The notes beneath the pieces were generated by a model that ran no database searches, was not told the DNA's origin, and saw nothing but the letters and a program-made list of their open reading frames with translations. From Clostridia bacterium (lineage in GTDB: Bacteria; Bacillota; Clostridia; CAKSNL01; HGM11501), in contig JAZQAZ010000050.1 in the NCBI GenBank assembly GCA_045545475.1, forward strand, positions 1-14,695: a DNA stretch of 14,695 bases, given 5' to 3'. Of the stretch, positions 8,378-14,695 are shown piece after piece (the stretch's first letter is position 1; the number at the start of each line of letters is the position of its first letter). The position numbers and the translations under genes were made by a program.

Positions 8378-8388
8378 GGAGAATGAAA

Positions 8389-9237
8389 ATGAAAAGCGTA
8401 AAAGATACTTTCAAAATATATAACGGTGTTGAAATTCCCTGCATGGGACTCGGCACCTGGCAGTCCCCCGACGAAACGGCGAAAAATGCGGTGCTTGCCG
8501 CACTTTCCCACGACTATCGCCTTATTGATACAGCTGCGGCTTACGGCAACGAAAAGGGTGTAGGCGAGGGAATAAAGGCAAGCGGACTTAAGAGAGAAGA
8601 AATTTTTGTTACAAGCAAGCTCCGCAACGCGGACCATGGCTACAAGGCGACGCTTGAGGCTTTTAATCTCACTATGGAAAAGCTTGACCTTGAGTATTTA
8701 GACCTTTATCTTATTCACTGGCCCAACCCCATTCAGTACAGAACACACTGGGAAGAGGCAACGGCCGGAACCTGGAAGGCTTTTGAGGAGCTTTACGAAA
8801 AGGGAAAAATCAAGGCAATCGGCATAAGCAACTTCCTTCCTCATCACATTGAAACACTTATGAAAACCGCAAAAATAAAGCCTATGGTAAATCAGCTTAA
8901 ACTATGCCCCGGCGTAACCCAGGACGAAACCGTTGACTATTGCAAAAAGCAGGGTATTGTGGTTGAAGCATACAGCCCCTTCGGAACTGGTATGATATTC
9001 GGCAACGAGGGTATGAAAAAGCTTTCTGCAAAATACGGAAAAACCGTTGGTCAGCTTTGTCTTCGCTGGTGCTTAGATAAGGAGTTTGTTTCCCTTCCCA
9101 AGTCGGCAAATCCCATGAGAATAAGAGAAAATGCAGAAATCTTTGACTTTGAGCTTTCAAAGGAAGACATTGACTTTATATCAAATCTTAAGGGAGTTTG
9201 CGGAGAAGCTCCCGACCCCGATAATATAATGTTCTAA
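8389..9237 (+). CDS. Aldo/keto reductase, 2,5-diketo-D-gluconate-reductase-like
   Basis: GLGTW and the catalytic tetrad in IDTA, YGNE, TSKL and IHWP, plus IGISNF and PKS. AGGAG (8377-8381) fits the ATG at 8389 better than the one at 8383. Confidence 0.93.
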   Translation: MKSVKDTFKIYNGVEIPCMGLGTWQSPDETAKNAVLAALSHDYRLIDTAAAYGNEKGVGEGIKASGLKREEIFVTSKLRNADHGYKATLEAFNLTMEKLDLEYLDLYLIHWPNPIQYRTHWEEATAGTWKAFEELYEKGKIKAIGISNFLPHHIETLMKTAKIKPMVNQLKLCPGVTQDETVDYCKKQGIVVEAYSPFGTGMIFGNEGMKKLSAKYGKTVGQLCLRWCLDKEFVSLPKSANPMRIRENAEIFDFELSKEDIDFISNLKGVCGEAPDPDNIMF

Positions 9238-9248
9238 GAGTTGATTTT

Positions 9249-10712
9249 ATGAGAATTAAAAACAAGGATGCTTTATCCTCCCACGGAAATATCGAGGGAA
9301 GAAAAATTGTAAGTGAGCTTCTTGATGCAGGGCTTGACTCCATCGACCCTTACTTAAGGGTAAAAAAGCTTATGGAGGTAAAAGAAGGTAAATTAATCTT
9401 TCATACCGAGGGCTTTGAAATGAAGGAGGATCCCCATTCGGGTGCACTTTCCTACAATCTTTCTGATTTTGACAGAATATTTGTAATCGGTGCGGCAAAG
9501 GGAATTCAGAGAGCCGCCCTTGCAATAGAAGAGGTGTTGGGAGATTATCTTACCGAAGGTCACGTCATAGGAAAGCACGGGGAAGATGTTATTTGCAAAA
9601 AAATCGGCGTGACATTGGCAGGACACCCCGTTCCCGACGAATACTGCATTGAAGGCTGCAGAAAAATTGAAGAAATGCTTTCTGATGTTACGGAAAAAGA
9701 CCTTGTCTTAACCGTTTTCGGCTCGGGCTGCGGCTCCCTTTTCACCTATCCTGCTGAGGGGATAACTATGGAGGATATTTCAAGGTTTACCCATATGATG
9801 CAGATTGAAAAGGGCGTTCCCACAAGTGACTTAAATCAGATAAGAACCCATATTGACCGTTTTAAGGGCGGAAGAATAACAAGGATGATAAAGAAGGCCA
9901 CCATAGTAAATATGGTAACGGCGGACCCATCCAAAATGTCAACCCCGGTTTTAAGGGTAAACTACTTTGAAATGCTCTGTCATAACACCTTTTTCCCTAC
10001 GGTTGCAACGGCATCAACCTATAAAGACTGCCTTGACATCATAAAAAAGTGGGATGCCTGGGATGAAACCCCGGAGTCTATAAAAAACCACCTTTTAGCG
10101 GGAGACAGTCATAACGAAAATATGTCGGTGGATGAATACGAAAGCTTTAACGCAAGATTTTTTGGTCTTGTTTTCAAGGATTCCACCATCTATCCGGCGG
10201 TAAGGGAAAAGGCAAAGGAGATGGGACTTCCTTGCATAATGCTTTCAGAGTATATGGAAGCGGAGGCAAGGGAAGCAGGCTTTGTGGACGGAAATTTAGC
10301 CCTTTGCTGTGAAAGGCTGGGCGAGCCCTTCCGTGGCCCCATTGTACTTATGTCATCAGGCGAAAATGTGGTAACCGTCGGCAAGGAAAGCGGCATCGGC
10401 GGAAGAAATCAGGAATATGCCATCGGCGCGGCAATGAAAATTGCAGGAAGCAAAAAGGTTGTAATCGGCGCTGTTGATACGGACGGTACCGACGGCCCCG
10501 GGGGATTTTCATATCCTGGTGCGCCTGAATGTTTATCCGGTGCCGTGGTTGACGGCTATACCTTGGAAGAAGCGAAAGAAAAAGGAATAAATCTCTGGGA
10601 TGCGCTTAAAACCCACGGAACAAGCGAGCCCTTGTGGAGACTTGATTCCGGCGTATGGGCGGAAAAGAGCATTTCGGCTCTTGATCTCAGAATAATTTTG
10701 ATTGGAGAATAA
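9249..10712 (+). CDS. Class II (MOFRL/DUF4147) glycerate-2-kinase-like protein, divergent
   Basis: VIGAAKG, AGHPVPDE, RFKGG, GGRNQE and DTDGTDGP motifs; several other motifs are altered. Confidence 0.88.
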   Translation: MRIKNKDALSSHGNIEGRKIVSELLDAGLDSIDPYLRVKKLMEVKEGKLIFHTEGFEMKEDPHSGALSYNLSDFDRIFVIGAAKGIQRAALAIEEVLGDYLTEGHVIGKHGEDVICKKIGVTLAGHPVPDEYCIEGCRKIEEMLSDVTEKDLVLTVFGSGCGSLFTYPAEGITMEDISRFTHMMQIEKGVPTSDLNQIRTHIDRFKGGRITRMIKKATIVNMVTADPSKMSTPVLRVNYFEMLCHNTFFPTVATASTYKDCLDIIKKWDAWDETPESIKNHLLAGDSHNENMSVDEYESFNARFFGLVFKDSTIYPAVREKAKEMGLPCIMLSEYMEAEAREAGFVDGNLALCCERLGEPFRGPIVLMSSGENVVTVGKESGIGGRNQEYAIGAAMKIAGSKKVVIGAVDTDGTDGPGGFSYPGAPECLSGAVVDGYTLEEAKEKGINLWDALKTHGTSEPLWRLDSGVWAEKSISALDLRIILIGE

Positions 10713-10714
10713 AT

Positions 10715-12016
10715 ATGTACGGTACAATTATTAAATCTGTAAGGGCACACCAGGTTTATACAAACCGTGGAAAGCCCGGTGTTGAAGTAATAGTAACCAC
10801 AGAAAACGGAAGCGAAGGAAGGGCAATGTGCACCTCGGGCGTATCGATCGGTACCCACGAGGTTGACTTTACCTTTGACGGCGGCACAAAGTTTGGCGGC
10901 AAAGGCGTAACAGGTGCGGCTAAAAGGGTTGAAGAGGTAATCGCTCCCGTAATTATCGGAATGGATTCAGCCCGTCAGGCAGAGGTTGATGCGGCAATCC
11001 TCGGTATTTGCCCCGATGCAAAAATCCGCCTTGGCGGAAATGCGGTTGCGGCAACAAGTGCGGCTGTGCTTAAAGCAGGTGCAGCATCGCTCGGCATTCC
11101 CTTATACCGTCATATCGGCGGTGCAGGTGCAATGTATCTTCCCGTTCCCGGCGTTGCGATGGCGGCAGGGGATGAGCGCTACGGCGGAGGAATCACCACC
11201 CCTGGCGGAAAACCCACAATGTCAATTATGGCATACGGCTTTGATAAGTTTTCCGATGCATCTTATGCATGCTGGGAAATTCACACACGCTGGGCGGAAA
11301 AAATGAAAAAGCTCTTTGGCGGTCTTCCAAATATCCGCGACTTTATCTCCATTCCTGCGGGAATTTTCAAAAGCGACAAGGAAATCTGGGAGGAAATGCT
11401 GAAAACCGTTATTGAAGCGGGATACGAAGGCAAAATCGGCTTCCAGATGGACGTTGCGACGGATACATATCACAACAAAGAAGACGATAAGTACTACGGT
11501 CTTTTCGATAAGGAGCCCAAGACCAAGGAACAGCTTTACGACTTCTATATGCAGATTATAAAGGACTATCCCTTTGTTATAATCGAAGATCCCTTTAATG
11601 AGGACGACTATGATACAACTGCCGCATTTACAAAGGAAAGCGGAATTCAGATAGTAGGGGACGACCTTTTTACCACCAACCCCAAAAGAGTGGCTCACGG
11701 AATAAAGAAGGGCGCGGCAAACACCGTTCTTCTCAAGGTTAATCAGGTGGGCTCCATTTCCGAGGCTCTTGAAATGATACAATATGCCTATAAGTTCGGT
11801 TACGGAATTATGCCTTCCGACAGCCGTGGCGAGGGCGAAACAATTGCAGACTATGCGGTGGGTATAAATGCAGGCTCAATCCGTGAAAGTGCCATAGGCG
11901 CAAGAGGAAACCGCTTCCTTGAAATTGAGGAAGAGCTTGGGGCATCTGCAAAATTCATCGGTGCACGCGGCCTTAAGGGCGAAAGAAACCTTCTGCGTGC
12001 CGACGGATTATTATAA
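10715..12016 (+). CDS. Enolase-like protein with remodelled active site
   Basis: Colinear with enolase (SGVSIGTHE, GKGV, LGGNA, PLYRHIGG, LPVP, MDVA, IEDP, QIVGDDLFTTN, LLKVNQVG, IADYAVG) but lacks NGGxH, QEF, GDEGG, SHRSGE and QIKTG. Confidence 0.88.
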   Translation: MYGTIIKSVRAHQVYTNRGKPGVEVIVTTENGSEGRAMCTSGVSIGTHEVDFTFDGGTKFGGKGVTGAAKRVEEVIAPVIIGMDSARQAEVDAAILGICPDAKIRLGGNAVAATSAAVLKAGAASLGIPLYRHIGGAGAMYLPVPGVAMAAGDERYGGGITTPGGKPTMSIMAYGFDKFSDASYACWEIHTRWAEKMKKLFGGLPNIRDFISIPAGIFKSDKEIWEEMLKTVIEAGYEGKIGFQMDVATDTYHNKEDDKYYGLFDKEPKTKEQLYDFYMQIIKDYPFVIIEDPFNEDDYDTTAAFTKESGIQIVGDDLFTTNPKRVAHGIKKGAANTVLLKVNQVGSISEALEMIQYAYKFGYGIMPSDSRGEGETIADYAVGINAGSIRESAIGARGNRFLEIEEELGASAKFIGARGLKGERNLLRADGLL

Positions 12017-12027
12017 GGAGGTATCTC

Positions 12028-13458
12028 ATGTTTAAACAGTATATAAACGGAAAACTGGTTGACGGTAATGGCAGGGAAATGCCTGTATATAACCCTGCAA
12101 CGGGAAAGGTAATTGACTCTGTGGGCTGCGCAGATGCATCTCAGACAAAGGAAGCGCTCATCGCAGCTGCGGAAGCTTTTAAAACCTGGTCTAAAACAAG
12201 CGTAAATGAAAGAGCAGCGTGGCTTTACAAGCTTAAGGAAGCCTGCACGGCTGAAAGAGATTATTTAATCGAGCTTGTAGCTTCAGAATCCGGAAGACCG
12301 TATGCAGCTGCCTGCGGCGATGTTGACTGGCTTCTTACAAGCCTTTCCTTCTATGCCGAGGAAGCAAAGAGAATTGAAGGCGAAGTAATTCCTCCCTTAA
12401 ACGTGGGCGGAAAGCTTAACTATCAGATAATCACAAAACAGCCGGTGGGTGTAACCGTTGGTCACCTTGCCTGGAACTATCCTTTAGGTAATGCCAGCAT
12501 AAAGCTTGCTCCCGCCATAGCATCAGGCTGTACCTGCATCATAAAGCCTTCCTCCGAAACACCCCTTGCAACACTTTATGTGGGCGTTATCGCAGAAAAG
12601 ATAGGCTTCCCGAAGGGGGTATTAAACATTCTTTCAGGTCCCTCTTCCGAGGTTGCAAAAACCCTTAACGAAAGCACCATTCCGAGACTTATTTCATTAA
12701 TCGGATCCTATGAAACGGGACTTAAGCTGATGGAGCAGGGCGTAACAAGCTTAAAGAAATATTCTCTTGAGCTTGGCGGAAACGCACCTGTTGTGGTTAT
12801 GCCCGATGCTGACCTTGACGAAACAGCGGCAAACATCGTTGCAAAAAAGGTTGGCTTTGCAGGACAGACCTGCGTTAACTATAACAGAATTTACATCCAC
12901 GAAAGCATTTATGATGTAATGTGCGAAAAGGTTAAAAGTGAGCTTTCAAAGGTTAAACTCGGCTCCTGGAAGGACGAGGGTTATATAATGGGTCCCGTAA
13001 TAAACAACGAGGCAAGGGACAGAATGCTTTCCCTTATTGAGGATGCAAAGGAAAAAGGCGCAAAGCTTGTTATGGGCGGAGAAGTTCCGGAAGAATTTTC
13101 CGAGGGAAGCTTTATAACACCTGCGCTTCTTATTGATGTAACTGACGATATGCGCGTTTCAACAGAGGAAATCTTCGGCCCCATCATTCCTCTTCAGCCC
13201 TTTAAGACCTTGGATGAGGCAATTAAAAAGAGCAACAATACAATCTTTGGCTTGTCCGCTTATTTCTTCGGACACAATGCAAAGGAAATGAGCAGATATT
13301 TTGAAAACGTTACAGCAGGCGAATTTTTCGTAAACGGCGGTATCGGAAGCGAATTTTCACCCCATTCAGGTGCAAAGCAGTCGGGTATCGGATGCGACAA
13401 GTCCAAGCATTCACTAGAGGAATACTACGATATCAAGTTCCTGTCTATGATACCGTAA
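12028..13458 (+). CDS. NAD(P)-dependent aldehyde dehydrogenase (GabD/SSADH-like)
   Basis: AWNYP, IKPSSETP, catalytic Glu in LELGGNAP, catalytic Cys in GQTCV, EEIFGP; AAGGAGG RBS. Confidence 0.94.
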   Translation: MFKQYINGKLVDGNGREMPVYNPATGKVIDSVGCADASQTKEALIAAAEAFKTWSKTSVNERAAWLYKLKEACTAERDYLIELVASESGRPYAAACGDVDWLLTSLSFYAEEAKRIEGEVIPPLNVGGKLNYQIITKQPVGVTVGHLAWNYPLGNASIKLAPAIASGCTCIIKPSSETPLATLYVGVIAEKIGFPKGVLNILSGPSSEVAKTLNESTIPRLISLIGSYETGLKLMEQGVTSLKKYSLELGGNAPVVVMPDADLDETAANIVAKKVGFAGQTCVNYNRIYIHESIYDVMCEKVKSELSKVKLGSWKDEGYIMGPVINNEARDRMLSLIEDAKEKGAKLVMGGEVPEEFSEGSFITPALLIDVTDDMRVSTEEIFGPIIPLQPFKTLDEAIKKSNNTIFGLSAYFFGHNAKEMSRYFENVTAGEFFVNGGIGSEFSPHSGAKQSGIGCDKSKHSLEEYYDIKFLSMIP

Positions 13459-13473
13459 AATATCGGAGGATTT

Positions 13474-14454
13474 ATGAGCGAAAAAAAGTATGATCTGATA
13501 GGCTTCGGCGATCCCTTTTTAGACCTTGTGCTGAAAATAGATAAGCTCCCCGAAACAAATACCAACTGTCGCATAAATAAATACGGCTTTCAGGGTGGCG
13601 GAAACGTACCCACAGCCTGCGTCGCATCTGCAAGACTCGGTGCAAAAACGGCGTTAATCGGTTGTGTGGGGGATGATTTATTCGGAAAAGTGGGACTTTC
13701 CGACCTTCAGTATAACAATGTTGACACATCAAAAATGAGTGTACAGAAAGGGAAAAAAAGCAATTTTTCCATCTGTGTGACAGAAACAGCCGTAAACGGT
13801 AAGGAATTTATCAGCACTCCCGGTGACTTTGAGGAAATAAAGACAGGCGAGCTTGATGAAGAATTCTTCAGGTCCACTCGCATTATGCACGTGGCATTAA
13901 TTACCGAAGCTGTGGCAAAGGCCTGCGATATGGTTCATTCCGCAGGCGGAAAAATAAGCGTAGATGCCAATTACTACCGTCCCTATACCTACGACTATTA
14001 CGATAAAATCGACATTTTCATAGGCTCCGAAATGTACTACAATGCATTTTGCGAAGATAAAAAATTAAATCCCGAAAACTTTAAGGAAAATATGGAGCTT
14101 TTAAAAAGCTACGGTCCTGAAATCGTAATATTCACCTTCGGACCTGACGGTTGCAAGGGCGTTTACGAGGATAAATATTTCGATATTCCGGCAATAGATG
14201 TAGATGTGGTTGACACCACCGGTGCGGGTGATGTTTTCCACGGTGCCTTTGATGTATTCTATCTTAAGGGCTTCGATGTGGAAAAAGCGGCACTTTATGC
14301 ATCCGGCGTATCTGCCATAAAATGCACACGCTCCGGAGGAAGAAGCGGAATTCCCACACTCCCGGTGCTTGAAAAATTTATTAAAACCGGTGAAATTGAC
14401 TATACGGAAATAGACGAGCGCGTTGCTCATTATGATAAAGGAATTACGTTATAG
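13474..14454 (+). CDS. PfkB/ribokinase-family carbohydrate kinase, YihV-like C-terminus
   Basis: GGGN...ARLGA...IGCVGDD, DTTGAGDVFHGAF and ASGVSAIKCTRSGGRSGIP; GGAGG RBS. Confidence 0.92.
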   Translation: MSEKKYDLIGFGDPFLDLVLKIDKLPETNTNCRINKYGFQGGGNVPTACVASARLGAKTALIGCVGDDLFGKVGLSDLQYNNVDTSKMSVQKGKKSNFSICVTETAVNGKEFISTPGDFEEIKTGELDEEFFRSTRIMHVALITEAVAKACDMVHSAGGKISVDANYYRPYTYDYYDKIDIFIGSEMYYNAFCEDKKLNPENFKENMELLKSYGPEIVIFTFGPDGCKGVYEDKYFDIPAIDVDVVDTTGAGDVFHGAFDVFYLKGFDVEKAALYASGVSAIKCTRSGGRSGIPTLPVLEKFIKTGEIDYTEIDERVAHYDKGITL

Positions 14455-14464
14455 GAGGTATACT

Positions 14465-14695
14465 ATGCTTGATTACAATGTAAAAATAGGACTTGTTCCC
14501 TTAAGACGTGACTGTACACCCCGTCCCGGTATCTTTAACTGGGAGGTTGCAGAGGAGAGAGGAAGACAGACTGTTGCCTACATCAAGGAGCATTATGCGA
14601 CAGAGCATATAAGCTTTGTTGACCTTAAGGGTGTTATCGATGTTGAAACACTCTGGTCTGAAAACGATGTTGAAAAGGTGGCAGAACACTTTAAG
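14465..14695 (+). CDS. Probable L-fucose/L-arabinose isomerase family protein (partial, runs off the window)
   Basis: Not in the ORF track. AGGAGG (14453-14458), ATG at 14465, then 77 open codons MLDYNVKIGLVPLRRD...SFVDLKGVIDVETLWSENDVEKVAEHFK. The KIGxxPxRR...FVD pattern resembles firmicute fucose-isomerase-like N-termini (from memory). Confidence 0.65.
   Translation, partial: MLDYNVKIGLVPLRRDCTPRPGIFNWEVAEERGRQTVAYIKEHYATEHISFVDLKGVIDVETLWSENDVEKVAEHFK

Noticed and set aside
10715-12016. Housekeeping eno, or an enolase pseudogene
   Set aside because: Essential acid-side residues are missing, yet the frame is intact and full length with metal ligands conserved.

Overview
Firmicute-like (probably Clostridia) accessory metabolic region, judged from sigmaA-type promoters, GGAGG RBSs and the protein families. 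The left end (1-660) holds the tail of a short ORF, an isolated tmRNA/tRNA-Ala-type 3' fragment (CGCCTCCACCA) that may be an attachment-site scar, and two strong hairpins. Next come a divergent AraC regulator and a three-gene amino-sugar cluster (Gfo/Idh/MocA oxidoreductase, NagA, atypical NagB-like protein), then an apparently chimeric copper-amine-oxidase N-terminal (stalk) domain ORF. From 5845 to the window edge runs a tightly coupled operon of at least nine genes: Ldh_2 dehydrogenase, Eda-family aldolase, SDR, aldo/keto reductase, MOFRL glycerate-2-kinase-like, enolase-like, aldehyde dehydrogenase, YihV-like PfkB kinase and a fucose/arabinose-isomerase-like gene. The strongest signal is concerted active-site remodelling of the aldolase, kinase and enolase paralogs. 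It suggests a non-phosphorylative-ED-like route for a C6-substituted sugar, ending in kinase plus enolase-like elimination of a non-hydroxyl group (e.g. sulfite) to give PEP. All family calls come from motif recognition by eye; no searches were run.
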